A stretch of DNA of 62,941 nucleotides, counting the filler, from Anaerolineae bacterium (GTDB lineage: Bacteria; Chloroflexota; Anaerolineae; Epilineales; Epilineaceae), in the NCBI GenBank assembly GCA_029262755.1. It is 5 parts of 5 records of this genome, joined end to end, with 100 filler letters (N's around TTAATTAATTAA, not from the genome) between each part and the next. Parts side by side here need not be neighbours in the genome. Positions count along the whole stretch, not along the records: positions 1 to 10,780 come from JAJCYU010000061.1; positions 10,881 to 19,761 come from JAJCYU010000062.1; 3 more parts are not named here. One strand, 5' to 3'. The position numbers and the translations under genes are program-made. How positions within the stretch are numbered: position 1 is the stretch's first letter; each line of letters begins with the position of its first letter. The notes under the pieces were generated by a model that saw nothing but the letters and a program-made list of their open reading frames with translations, ran no database searches and was not told the origin of the DNA. Shown piece by piece: positions 8,086-19,861 of the stretch.

Positions 8086-10780
8086 ATGGCCCGCATCGTT
8101 CGAATTCTGACCCTACCCGTGCTCCTGCTGATCGGCCTCGCCGCCGGGATGGCCGCACGCCATGCTCCGACGCGTCCCTTGGAGGTTGCCACCGGCGCAC
8201 AGTCCGGATGGCAGCTTCTTGAGCGCGACGGACCGGCCTCGTGTCCCGCGAGCGACAGTGCACGGGAAGTGAGCGCCGCGTGGTACGCCGTGGAAGGCGA
8301 TCGGCTGCGCTTGCGGCTCTGCGTCGACGGTACGCCCGGTTGGCAGGCCAGTGGCAGTAGCTGGACGGACGTGCGCTACAAGTGGCGCATCACCGCGGGT
8401 CAACAGGCCTATTTGCTCATGGTCGAGGACTACGGCCTTGCGAGCACGGGCGATAACCCCTCCGATGGTCGGGGCGAGGTCACGTTGCTTGACGATCGCA
8501 ACGGCAACGGTCGATTTGAGGACGATTGGGCGGTCTCCTGGCCGCCCGGATACCAGAAGAATTCCGCCGGCTCGCCCCGATGGCGCCGGGCGACGAGCGG
8601 CTCGACGGGCCCCAATCAGAGTTCCTCGTCCGGAATGACCGGCGACGTCGGCTTCCAGCTGGGCTCCGGTTCGTGTGGCCGCGTGATCGACGTCTATGTG
8701 AGCCTTGCAGCGCTCGGCAACCCGCAAGACGTCTGCCTGAGCTGGGCGACGGACGGCGAGGGCCTCGCACTCGACAGCCAGCCGGCGTGTGACCGCGGCG
8801 GCGGCCAGCGCTGTATCGCGCTCGCGGAGCCGACCACGGTGCCGGATACCGCGACGCCGCGCCCGACCGCCACGCTGCGCCCAACCCAGACCAACGTTCC
8901 CCCGAGCGCAACCGCCACCGATCCTCCTGCGACCGCAACCAACGTACCCGCGTCCGCGACACCGGTGCCGGCAACGCCGACCGATCAACCCGCGACGCCG
9001 ACCGATCTACCGGCAACGCCGACCAACGTTCCATCGACCAACGTGCCGCCCACGATCGTGCCGAGTGCCACACCGGTGGTCACATTCCCGTCGGCGACGC
9101 CGACGGCGACCGCGACGGACGTGCCCTCCAACGATCGCACGCCGACACCGGTAGCTAGCCCCACCAAGAACTTCCCGACCCCGACCGCGTCGAGCGTGCC
9201 GGCCACCACGGTGCCGGCCACCACGGTGCCTTCCGCGACACCGACCGACGACATCGCGCCCGCCACCGCCGTCGCGACCGGCACGGCCACGCTGCCACCG
9301 AGCGCGACCGCGACCGCGACCATCGCGCCGATCGAGCCGACCGCGACCCAAACGCCCGTTCCGACGTGGACGCCATGGGTCGTGACCGCAACGCCGGGTG
9401 CGAACTCGGGAACAGCAACGCCGACCGCCACGGCAACGCCTTGGACGGTCGATCCCGCGACGCCGACCCCGGACTTCCGCGGTGAAATGACCGTGTGCGT
9501 GCTCGCGCTCATCAACGGCGAGAACCTGCCCTTCCCGCAGGCCGCAACGGTCCACGCCCTACTGCTCACACCGTGGGGCACCGCCGCGAAGCCGGTCGAG
9601 GTGCGCGACATCGAGTCCAACGGCTGTGCGCGCTTCCGCAACATGGAAGCGGGTCAGTATCGCACCTGGACCACCCTGCCGCAGGGCTGGGAGCCGGTGC
9701 CGGGCACGCCGCCGAGCCACTATCTCTGGGTCGCGCCCCAACCTCCTGGTCCCATGGCGGTATTCCGCTACCAACCGTGCATCTGCCCCGGCGGTCCTGG
9801 AGGCCCCGGTGGCGGCGGCGGAACCGTCCCGACTCCGCCCGGCCCGCCCACCGGTATCGCGCCCGGACCCGGGCCGGGACCAGGACCCGGCGGCCCGACA
9901 CCGCCCCCGCCACCCGGACCGCCCACGCCGGAACCGCCGCCGATCTACGGCGACAGTCCGAATCGACCGATCGTCGGCGCCTGGACGGCGCTGCCGGTAC
10001 TGAGCTTCCAAGGCAACGACCCCGTGTGCTCCACGTGGGTGGAGGTGCAGAACGTCGGCGACCGTCCCTCGAAGGCGATCATGCTGGTCTGGGGCGCGCC
10101 GGGCTTCTGCCCGCCGCAATGCGCCGGGCCGCTCAAGGTGGAGTGTTCCGGTCTCCTCGCACCGGGCAGCGCCTGGAACTTCCTCGGCGCGCAGGTTCCG
10201 GCCGGCGCCCGCAGCGGCCTCGTGATCTCGGCCAGCACGCGCATGATCCAGACCGAACGTGGCGGCGACCTGTTCGCCGATGCGTTGTGCGAAACCCTCT
10301 TCACGGAAGTCGTGGGCTCGTGTGACAACTACCGCCGCTTCTTCAAGGCCTTCACCGAGCGGATCTGGTGGAACGGCTTCGACTTCGGCGCGCACGATTG
10401 CCAGCCGCTTGCCGTCGAGGCGTTGCGCAAGTGCCCAGGTGACCTGCGGCCGGATGTGGAGGTTACCAGCAGCTATGCCGGTGTCGCGGGGGAGAACTTC
10501 GGCGCCTACGATCCGGTCTACGGCGGCTTCGCCTACTTCGCGCCTTCCCTCTACGCCACGGCGGGCGGCTTCACGAGCCTGTTGTACCTTCAGAACGTAG
10601 GCTTGGAGTGCACGTCGGTCGAGCTGTGGTTCAAGGCCAACGATGACTGCTTGCGCGGTCGGATCTGCGACATCCTGACCCTTGCTCCTGGCGAATCGTT
10701 CGCCTTCGACGCCGCCGCCTGCGTGCCGCCCGGTTGGACCGGCAGCGCGTACGTGCGCACCAGCCAGCCCATGGCGATGG
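8086..10780 (+). CDS. large secreted protein with Pro/Thr linkers and Cys-rich C-terminal region (3' truncated)
   Basis: GAGGTGG RBS then MARIVRILTLPVLLLIGLAAG signal; long PT-repeat linker, Gly/Pro linker, many paired Cys; runs into the N linker. Confidence 0.8.
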
Positions 10781-10880
10781 NNNNNNNNNNNNNNNNNNNN
10801 NNNNNNNNNNNNNNNNNNNNNNNNTTAATTAATTAANNNNNNNNNNNNNNNNNNNNNNNNNNNNNNNNNNNNNNNNNNNN
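10781..10880. other. artificial contig linker
   Basis: N run containing TTAATTAATTAA (stops in all six frames), 100 nt. Confidence 0.98.
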
Positions 10881-13800
10881 TTGGGTGGGCGGGGTGGAGG
10901 CGTGCTCGAGCAGCTCGGCCTCGTTGCGGATCACGCTCAGGTCCGGTACGGCGGCGTCGACAAGGACGTAGATGTCGAAGGTCTCGCGTGCACCGGCCTC
11001 GATATCACCGACGAGGCAGTCCAGAATGTTGGCTTGGACATCGCTCGGTCGGCAAAGCGCGCCCTCGGCGCGCAGGAAGGTCACGAGCGTCGTGTCGGGT
11101 AGCGTGTCGCGAACCGTGACGTTGCGCGCGTCGGAGGGCCCGTTGTTCTGAACGGTGATCTCGTAGCGCAAGATCATCCCGGCGGTAACCGCGTCCGGTA
11201 GGTCGGTTGTGATGAATCGGCCGAGGATCGCGTCGTAGGCGACGACGTTCTCGCCGACCGCGGTCTTGAGCAACTCCATGTCCGCCCACGCGTCCACTAC
11301 GGTCTGGGTGAATGCGTGATTGTTGCTGTTGAAGGGATCGAAGATGTCCGACGTCACGAAGGCGTCGTTCTCCAGAACTGCGCCCGGCAAGGTGCTCGAT
11401 TCCACGATGACCTGGAACGAAACGCTCTTGCTCTGGGCCGGGAAGACGGTGCCGAGACCGCAGATGAGCCGGTCGTTCGCTTCACCGGGTGTGCCGGTCT
11501 CGCAGGCGAAGCCGTCGCTGGTGACGAGGCTGCCCGGATAGATCGTGACCCCGGGCGGTAGACGGTCGGTGAGCACGACGTTCTCGGCGGTGGAAGGACC
11601 GTTGTTCGTGACCGTCAGCGTGTAGCTGATCCGGCGTCCGGCGGTCACTTGGCCCGGCGACGCCGCGTAGTTCGGCGCCGCGGGGAAGGCCTGGCCGGGG
11701 ATGCCGGGGTTGAAGATCAAGCCGGGCTGGCCGTCAACCTGGACCTCGCCCACGGCCGTCTTGGTCAGCGCGAGATCGGAGACATCTGTGATCTCGTGTT
11801 GGACCTCGGCGTGGTTGTTGGCGAGGTTGCGGTCGCTGGCGTTGGAGAGGACGTCCGCGATGTTGTTGACGTCCTGCGCCTGCGGCGCGCGCACGCGCAT
11901 GGTGAGGATCCAGCGCCCGGAGTTGGGCGGGCCGTCCGCGGCAAGGACCTCGAGGAAGGACTCGTCCACGTCGAGCGTGGCGGGATCGTCGATAAGCGTG
12001 CAGTCGGTCTCGAGGCGTTCCTGGATGTTCTCGATGCCACCGGCCGCGGCGATGACGCCGAAGGGCGGCGGTGCGACGACGGGTGGCCACGCGGTGGCGG
12101 CCAGCGTCGTGGTGATGGTGGCGCCGTTGGCCAACGTGACGCACACCGCGTCGTGATCGGAGTGAATGTCGATCAGGTCGTAGATGCCCGAGGACTGCAG
12201 GATGTCCTTGATCGCCACGCCGTCGGCCCAACTGGGACCGAAGTTGTCGACGATGACCGTGTAGGTGAGGATCTCGCCTGCGCGCACCTCGCCGTCGAGC
12301 TTGCCGAACTTCACGATGCGCAGGTCCGCATCGTTGAGCACGAGGTTCTTGGCGCGGGCCACGTTGTTGAATCCAAGTAGGTAGAGCCCGTGCAGGTTGG
12401 CCGCGTCGGCGGGAATGGTGCGGTCGGGCTCCGTCGGGCTGGTGACGATCGCGACATTGGCGATCAGCGTGCCCGCCGGGATATCCGGAAGAACCTGGGT
12501 ATAGATGTCGAAGTGACGTCCACCACGGCCGTTCGGATCACCATGATGCTCTTCTTCGCCCTCTTGCTCGACGCCCTCAAAGATGCCGCCCTTGTTGCCC
12601 TCGTCGAGGGTTTCCATGGAACCGGCGAAGGCGCCGATGGATGTCGATGGGCGCGCGCCCGAAGCGATGCCGAGCGGGATGTTGCGCGCGGCATAGGGCA
12701 GGTAGACGTCGAAGACCTGCTTGGAACGACCCGGCTCTCGCGTCCGGAGGAAGCGCGGCGAGCTGTGGAGTTTGCGTGCCGGCTGCGCCTGGATCTTGCC
12801 AAGCTCGCAGCGGAGCGGGCTGTTGACGGTCTCGGCCATTTGGCCGCGAATCTCACCGCCCGGGAAATCGGTGCTGTGGAGGTTGACGTAATGGCCGGCA
12901 GGGTTGGCGGCGATTGCCGCTGCAACACCGGCGTCAAGGATGGCCTCGCCGACCACGGGGCTTGCCGGACTAAATCCGGGGGGTACAACCCCGTCCCACA
13001 GCCACACGGCGATCGGCCCGTTCACCCCGGCGCCGCCCGTGTGAATGTGCATGCCTGCCGCGCCTTCCAGGTTGTCGATATCGTTGATCTGCACCGCATA
13101 GGTCAGGACGTTCGTGTCCGTATCGAGCACGAAGGTCGCGAGGCCCATGGCCTGGGTGACCGCCGGCGGGACCTCGTTCTCGCCCAGCAGCTGCGCGCGG
13201 AAGCCGATCAGGTTGGCCGGCTGCGTGCACATCGTCGGGCTCGTGTCGATCTCGTACACGACCTCATCGGGCAGAATGTCGTAAACCACAACGTCCTGCG
13301 CATCCGACGGGCCCATGTTCTCGACCCAGATCTCGTACTTCTTTTGCTCACCGGCGTTGACCTTGTCCGGCTCGCTGTCCTTTTCGATCTTAAGATCGGC
13401 CACGGTCTCGACCGTTGTCTCTTGGGTGATGTCGACGTTGTTGGCCGGGTTCGGATCCGGCGTCTGTGCGGAGGTCGCGCTGACCGTGTTGATGATCGTC
13501 CCAATCGGCGTGTCCGAACGCACAACGGCGTCGATATAGATCAGGCGCTGCGTCTCGCCCGGCGCGCCGGGCGGGATGTCGCCCAGGGCACAGGTGACCG
13601 TATGTGCGCCGACCGAGTAGGTGCACTTGTCGTTGTCGGTGGGATTCTCGACGCCCGCCCATACGTACTCGAGCTCCACGGGCAGCGTATCGACCAGCAC
13701 GACGTTCTCGGCCGTCGAGACGCCGTTGTTGCTGACGTCGATGGCGTAGGACAGCGGCGTGCCGGCAACGACGGGATCGGGGGCATCGGACTTCGTGACG

Positions 13801-16800
13801 ACGATGTCAGCGGATGGGTTCACGGCAGCCAGGGCGCTCGTGCGGTTGTCGTCGTTGTCGTCATCAAAGGTATCGGACAGGACCCAGGCGTCGTTGCGGA
13901 TCACGTCGGGTGAACCGCTGCTGTTGGCCTGGCTTGCGTTGAAGGAGGGGTCGATGTCCGCGGAGATCGTGATAATCACTCCGCCGCCCACGCCGATCGT
14001 GCCCAGGTCGCAGACCAACGGGTCGAAGGGATCGCCCGGTGTGCCTACGGTGCAGCTGCCGTCCGCCGTGACGGCGGAGACCGTGCCGTCCACGAACGCG
14101 GCGGGAAGGACGTCGACAACGCGTACGTTCTCGGCGGCGGATGGTCCGCCGTTGGTTACGGTGAGCATCCAGCTCGATGTGCCTCCAGCCGTGAAGGGCG
14201 CACCGACAGCCGTCTTCTCTATGTTGAGATCGGCCAGGGCCGATACGGAGATGGCGTCCATGGCCATGTTGTTGGCCATATCGGAGTCCATCGTGCCGTT
14301 GATCCAGCCCGTCGGGGTCTCGCCCGCGCCGACTGGGTTACCGTCGTGATCGACGGCGTCCTCGTTGGGGCCGGTGGCGACGGTCACGATGTTGTCGACG
14401 TCCTGCGTGCCGATGTTCGCGGAAGCGACGACTTGGATGCGCCAGCGGCCGCCGTCGGGCTCGCCGTCTTGGTCGACGTCGGCGCCGATGGGCTCGAGCG
14501 GCTCGTTGAGCATGCAGCGCAGGACGCGGCCGGTCTGCGGCGGCGTGATTGCCGATGCGTTCGCGTCGCAGGTGTCGTTGCGGTCGGGATCGTCGAGGAT
14601 CATCTCGACGGTGAAGGCCTCGTTGCTGACCATGTCGTCGTCGATGAAGACGCCGCGCGCAGAGGAGGTGCCGAGGTTGTCGACGTAGATCGTGTACGTG
14701 AACAGCTCGCCGGCCTTGACCACGGTGTCCGGCTTGCTGACCTTCGTGATCTTGAGGTCCGCCCAGTCCTGGACGAAGGTGGTCTCGGTGGCGGTGTTGT
14801 TGTCAGGGTTCTCGTCGACCTCCGCGCTACCGACGCTGGCCGTGTTGACTATGGTCAGCGTGCCGTTGGGCACGGCGGAGACGGCGTCCGGCGCGACCCG
14901 CGTCTTGAGCACGATCTCGCGCATCTCGCCGAAGCCGAGGTTGCCAAGCTGGCAGACAACCTGGTCCTCGCCGTTGGGCCCTGCGCCGGGGAAGCCGGTG
15001 CAGTCGGTCTCGCTGGCGCCGAGGTAGATCACATCCACCGGCAGGGTATCGGTGACGACGACGCTGGTGGCGGGCAGGCCGAAGCCGACCTGCTGCGTGT
15101 CCTGCAGATCGTCGATATCGTCGGGTTGCTCCAGCAGATTGTTCGTGACCTTGAGCGTGTAGAAGAGCTCGTCGCCCGCGTGCACAAGATCTGGGTTGTC
15201 GGTCTTGGTGATGCTGAGATCGACGTCGCTGATCTCAAGCCGCCATACACCCGTGCCGTGCGTACCTAGGTAGACGTCCACCTGGCCGCCGACGTGATCA
15301 AAGTAGGCGTGGTAGGGCCGCGGAATGTGCGGGACACCGCTGAGATCGGAGGTGCGTGGATCGGTCACCAGACTCCAGGTGCCGCCATTGTCCGTCGAAA
15401 CGAAAATGCCCGCGTCCTTGGAGCCTGCCACCAGGATGTTCGGGTCGGTCGGGTCGAAGGCGACGAGGCTGGGCTGACTGTAGTTGTTGAAGCCCGTAAA
15501 GCGGATGGGGCCGTTGCTGGTGATCATCTTGAAATCACCGCCACCGTCCATCAGGTCGGTCAGCTGCGCGTCGACGGTCCAGCTGGCGCCGCCGTCGTTG
15601 GAGCGGACCATCTGCATGCCCTTCGGCCCGCCGAAGTTGGCGGCGTAGAGGCGATCGGGATCGGCGGGATCAACGGCCCAGATGCTGAAGCCGCCAAAGA
15701 GCCCGTTGTTGTCGACCTGCGTCCAGGTGCCGCCGGGCGCGGTGCCGACGTACTTCCACAGCTGCGTCGGCGCATTGCCTTCGTCGGGACGGCACTGCGT
15801 TTGCGCATAGAAGGTCGGCGTGCCGGCGCCTTCGATGCCGCCCGGCCGTGAGGCCTGCAGCGCGCAGAAGCCGCCGCCTGGCACGTTGGTGCCCAATGCG
15901 GTCCACGGCAGCGGATCCGGCGCGGTGACATCCGGCGTGATCTCCACGCCCTGGCCCGGCGTGGCCGCGGCTACCTCTACGTCGCCGAAGTACACGAAGT
16001 GGTCGGTGAAATCGAAGGTGCCGCGAATGCCGCCCGCGGGCCAAGAGGTCGTTGGAATCGTGGAGGCGCCGGCCATGCCCGGGCCGCCGATATTCCAGCT
16101 CAAGCCACAGCAGACCGTCCAGAGCACGTTCTGGTCGTTCGCTTCCACGTCGAAGGAGTCGCAGCAGTTGCGGTTGGTCCACGACGGTGGGTTCGCCCCG
16201 GCGTCCAGCGTGGCATACGTCCCGTTGTCCTGAAGGCCGAAGTACAAGTCTTCATCGGGATCGCCGGCGCGATCCGCGCCTGCCATGTCAAAGAGCCAAA
16301 GCGCATGTGGGGAGCGGTCCGGCTGCTCGAAGTTCGGCCGCTGACAGCCCTGGGTGCCGCCGCCTTGATCGGAGTTGAAGTAGACGCCGCCATCATTGGA
16401 GTAGAGCATCGGACAGGCGTCGTTGGCAGCTTCGGAGTCGAAGACCAGCGCACCCGCGTCCTGGTGGGCGCACGCTACGTTGTCCGGCTGGTCGTCACAA
16501 TCGGCGAAGCGTCCATCCCAACCTGTGGGTAGCGACCAGGGATTGGGCAGCGCACCCGTGTAGCCGACCGGACACCGGTTTGGGCCTCCGGGCGCATTGC
16601 TGCTCACGCAGACGGCCCGGAACAGGCCCGTATCGCCCGACCACAGGTTGAAGATGTCCGTAGTGCCCAGATCGGACCGCTGGTTTGTCTCGAGGAAGGG
16701 AATACGTCCCTGCCGCCTGTCCTCCGGGACGCCGATGTTGGTCCAACTCGCGCCGGCGTCATCGGACTCGTAAATGTTGTTGTCGGAACCGTAGACGAAG

Positions 16801-17699
16801 AGCACGTAGCTTTCATCCGGACTGGCTGCGATCGAGCAGGGTGTACCGTTGGCGCTGAAGGGCAACCCGACGCCGGACAAGGCCGTCCATGTACCGCCGT
16901 CATCCGTCGAGCGGCTGTGGCCGTTGGGCCCACAGACATCGATGATGCCCTGGTTCGTCGGGCCGCCGGCCTGCACGACGACATCCCAGATGTTCTCCGC
17001 CGCCGAGAACGGCGTCGGGTCCACGATGCGCCATGTTGCGCCGCTGTCGTTGGTGATTGCCAGGCCGCAGTTCGTGCCGATGTACACGTTGCTCGGTGCA
17101 TCCGGCCGAATGGAGATGCCGAACGCGGAGGGCTCGTCGCGCACGGTTGCGGTGCAGTTGAAGGTTGCCTGCGGCGTGTTGTCGTCCGCGGTGCCTTCGA
17201 AGGCAGAATTCGCAACAGACGACGGGGGATGCGTCCACGTGGCGCCTGCGTCGTAGCTGACCAGAATGCCCGACTGCGGATCGACACGCCCGTCGTAGAA
17301 GGATGAGGCGTACACGGTCGAGGTGTTGATCGGATCGACCTCGACATCCCAGGTGTATGTGGGAAGGAAGCCGTCCAAGAAGTCCCACGTGCGCCCGGTG
17401 TCCGTGGACTTGTACAGACCGCCCGCCTCCGTCGCCGCATAGAAGGTTGTGTTGTCGCCCGCCACCGACGCCAGGCCGTTGATACGCCCGCTGGACGCAC
17501 CGTCCGGATCATTGGGATCGAGCGTCGAGTTGCTTGGGCTGATGTCCTCGATGTTGATATCCGCCGCCACGGGCGCGGCGGTGTCGATCGACAGCAGCAT
17601 GGCCAGCAGAAGCGCGAGCAGCGTCGTGATGCGGCGCAGGCGCGGGAACACCGAGCTTCCGGCGGTCATGTCGTGCAGGTCTGGTTCGGGGCGATTCAT
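10881..17699 (-). CDS. giant secreted protein: Asp-box/BNR beta-propeller, multiple DUF11 repeats, CHRD domain (3' truncated)
   Basis: RBS AGAGGA before ATG 17699; Asp boxes (STDTGRTW, SYDAGATW, STDDGGTW, SNDGGASW); repeated DLxIxK...YTIxVxNxGPSxA...D.LP units; CHRD-like ENEVPP...MHIH...YVNLHSTDFPGGEIRGQ. Confidence 0.88.
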
Positions 17700-17830
17700 G
17701 GTTCTTCCTCTTGGCAATTGCGGGGCGTTGCTTAGGTTCTGCGCGATATTGCGCGCATGAAGACAGATTCCAAGGACTACTCGAAAATCCTAAAGCGTGA
17801 GCGTTACTCGATCGCTACGGCCTATGTCCG

Positions 17831-18445
17831 TCAAGGTGCAACTCGGTCCCAAATGCACAAAGCACCGCTAAATTCGCCGCTTTCGCTTGCGGTCCAAGCC
17901 TCACCCCGGCGGGTCATGACCCGCCACTGGTGAAGCGCCCGGCCACGTACGTCCTTCCACTGAAGTTCGTTTACATCGGGTGCGAGTGGGGCGGAAGTTT
18001 CGAATTCAAGCTCCAGACCTACCACGGAGACATCCACTCTCTGTTCGTCGCCGACCGTCGTGGAAGGCGTCCAGCGTAACAAGGCCCACGGGTTGCCTTC
18101 GAAGCACGTGACCTCGGCGCTTAGATCGGACGCGGCCTCCGGTCCACCCGTCGCGACGATGACGTCGGCCGGTCGAACCGGCTTGTCGGTCGGAGCCGAC
18201 CCTGCCGTGGCGTGTATCGCGGCTTCCGTCTGTCGGGCCACGGCCGTCTCGACCCACTTTGCAGTCGAGGTCGGCACGACCCCGGGCAAAGGATCCTTCG
18301 TCGGACCCACCGTGGATCGGGCCGCCGGCCCTGCTGATGTTGCTGTCGCTCCGTCTCCGATCGTACTCGGTGCAGGAGTCGCGGAGGAGCATGCGGCGAA
18401 CTGCGCGGCCAAGACCACGGTCACGAGCCACTGGGGGAACGCCAT
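17831..18445 (-). CDS. putative lipoprotein
   Basis: Hydrophobic stretch ending FAA-C lipobox, Pro/Thr/Ala linker, Trp-rich beta domain; start uncertain. Confidence 0.55.
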   Translation of the reverse strand: MAFPQWLVTVVLAAQFAACSSATPAPSTIGDGATATSAGPAARSTVGPTKDPLPGVVPTSTAKWVETAVARQTEAAIHATAGSAPTDKPVRPADVIVATGGPEAASDLSAEVTCFEGNPWALLRWTPSTTVGDEQRVDVSVVGLELEFETSAPLAPDVNELQWKDVRGRALHQWRVMTRRGEAWTASESGEFSGALCIWDRVAP

Positions 18446-18610
18446 CCAACGTCGTCGAATCAACGGTGTCCTTCGGGATGGAGAACGGGGCGTCTCCCAA
18501 GATGTGCATCGACTTCTATTCAACAACGAATATACAGCCACCGGGATACGGCCGGCTACGCGGTGAGTAAGTCTTAACCTGCATTGCAGTGATCTCGGCT
18601 ACCGTGGCGA

Positions 18611-19147
18611 TCAGGTTTTCGCGCGTGCCGCCGCCTTCTTGGCCCGACTGCGCTTCATGATGTAGGGCAGCAGCCAGAGGTATATGCCGGTCAGCCATAG
18701 CGACGTCAGCACGAGGCCGTTCACGAGAAAGGCGTACTTTCCGTAGTTCTCACTGAAGAACGAGCCATCGTGGATCGCCTCGATGAAGTCGGAGCGGCGG
18801 AACTCGACCTGAAGAATTTCACCGGTGTTGGTGTCGACCTGAACCTCCCACCGGTTCTTGCCGCGCACCTTCACCACGCCGCGGTCGGTGCGAACGTCGA
18901 GGAGCTCGACGTCCTCCCAAGTGGTGATGCCTGCCTCCTCGGCCGTCGTCGCCGCCGCGAGAATCTCGTCGAAGGAGATGGTCGGCTCGATACCGGAGCC
19001 ACGAATCGTGGCGGGTTGGACCCAGGTCCAGTCCTTTTTGAGTTGGAGGATGGCGCCCGTGATGAACACGATGACCGCGGGTATGACGACGGCGACGGCG
19101 CCCCAGCGATGAAGCTTGCGGGACCATGTGCTAAGAATTTTGCGCAT
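18611..19147 (-). CDS. PepSY-associated TM helix domain protein
   Basis: RKLHRWGA...ITGAIL, IEAIHDGSFF, LTGIYLWLLP signature segments. Confidence 0.85.
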   Translation of the reverse strand: MRKILSTWSRKLHRWGAVAVVIPAVIVFITGAILQLKKDWTWVQPATIRGSGIEPTISFDEILAAATTAEEAGITTWEDVELLDVRTDRGVVKVRGKNRWEVQVDTNTGEILQVEFRRSDFIEAIHDGSFFSENYGKYAFLVNGLVLTSLWLTGIYLWLLPYIMKRSRAKKAAARAKT

Positions 19148-19246
19148 GAAGTAACTCTCGGGGGGGGGGCGCGCGGTCGACAGTCGGGGGGGGGTGCGGT
19201 CGGGGAGGGTAATTGGGTGAGCCGGAATGGGCAAGGGCGGTGTAAC

Positions 19247-19358
19247 GGTTGGGTTGTGGTGCCCCTCCGAAAAGCTTTCAAGGGACCCCCGCATGAGGTG
19301 TGGATCGGCGGTGGTGGCCGTACAGGAAAGTTTTTCGGAGGGGCACCACAACCCAACC
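19247..19358. repeat. palindromic MITE/REP-like element, copy 1
   Basis: 33-bp inverted repeat with one mismatch: 19247-19279 GGTTGGGTTGTGGTGCCCCTCCGAAAAGCTTTC versus 19326-19358. Confidence 0.75.
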
Positions 19359-19514
19359 TCACGTAGAGAGAAGAGAAACGCTCCCTAGAGAATCCCCGGA
19401 CATGCAGGCGTCCTGCAAGACCAAGTACAGGGAGTCCGGGGGCGGACCGGCGTGGTGAATCGGGGGCGGGAGGCGCGTTAGTGCCGGGGACGACGAGCGG
19501 AATATCGACGAGAA

Positions 19515-19543
19515 CGAGGGGGCGCCCACTGGGCGCCCCCTCG
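19515..19543. terminator. perfect 13-bp hairpin
   Basis: CGAGGGGGCGCCC-ACT-GGGCGCCCCCTCG followed by CTTT. Confidence 0.55.
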
Positions 19544-19565
19544 CTTTGCCACGAGTCTTGAGATT

Positions 19566-19603
19566 CAGCAGCCGGCAGTCAGCTATCAGCCGTCAGCAGC
19601 CAG
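19566..19603. repeat. degenerate heptamer tandem repeat
   Basis: CAGCAGC CGGCAGT CAGCTAT CAGCCGT CAGCAGC CAG. Confidence 0.55.
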
Positions 19604-19651
19604 GATTTGTCAGTTGTGATCAGCATCCCGGGTGGGTGGGGGAGCAAGCGA

Positions 19652-19761
19652 GGGTGGGTGGTGATGCCCTGGAGAAAACGCTTCTTGATCGGCGGAGGCC
19701 GCCTAGAACCCGATATTGAGGGGGTCCTTTGAAGAGGTTTTTCGGAAGGGTATCGCCACCC
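19652..19761. repeat. palindromic MITE/REP-like element, copy 2 (inverted, diverged, at contig end)
   Basis: Reverse complement begins GGGTGGCGATACCCTTCCGAAAAACCTCTTCAAAGGACCCCC, matching copy 1 GTGGTGCCCCTCCGAAAAGCTTTCAAGGGACCCCC; imperfect terminal inverted repeats. Confidence 0.65.
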
Positions 19762-19861
19762 NNNNNNNNNNNNNNNNNNNNNNNNNNNNNNNNNNNNNNN
19801 NNNNNTTAATTAATTAANNNNNNNNNNNNNNNNNNNNNNNNNNNNNNNNNNNNNNNNNNNN
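19762..19861. other. artificial contig linker
   Basis: N run containing TTAATTAATTAA. Confidence 0.98.

Noticed and set aside
8830..9480. Repetitive DNA resembling an array (also 41140-41390 and 46925-47135)
   Set aside because: Explained by Pro/Thr/Ala-rich protein linkers; no fixed repeat-spacer structure, and no CRISPR array seen anywhere in the window
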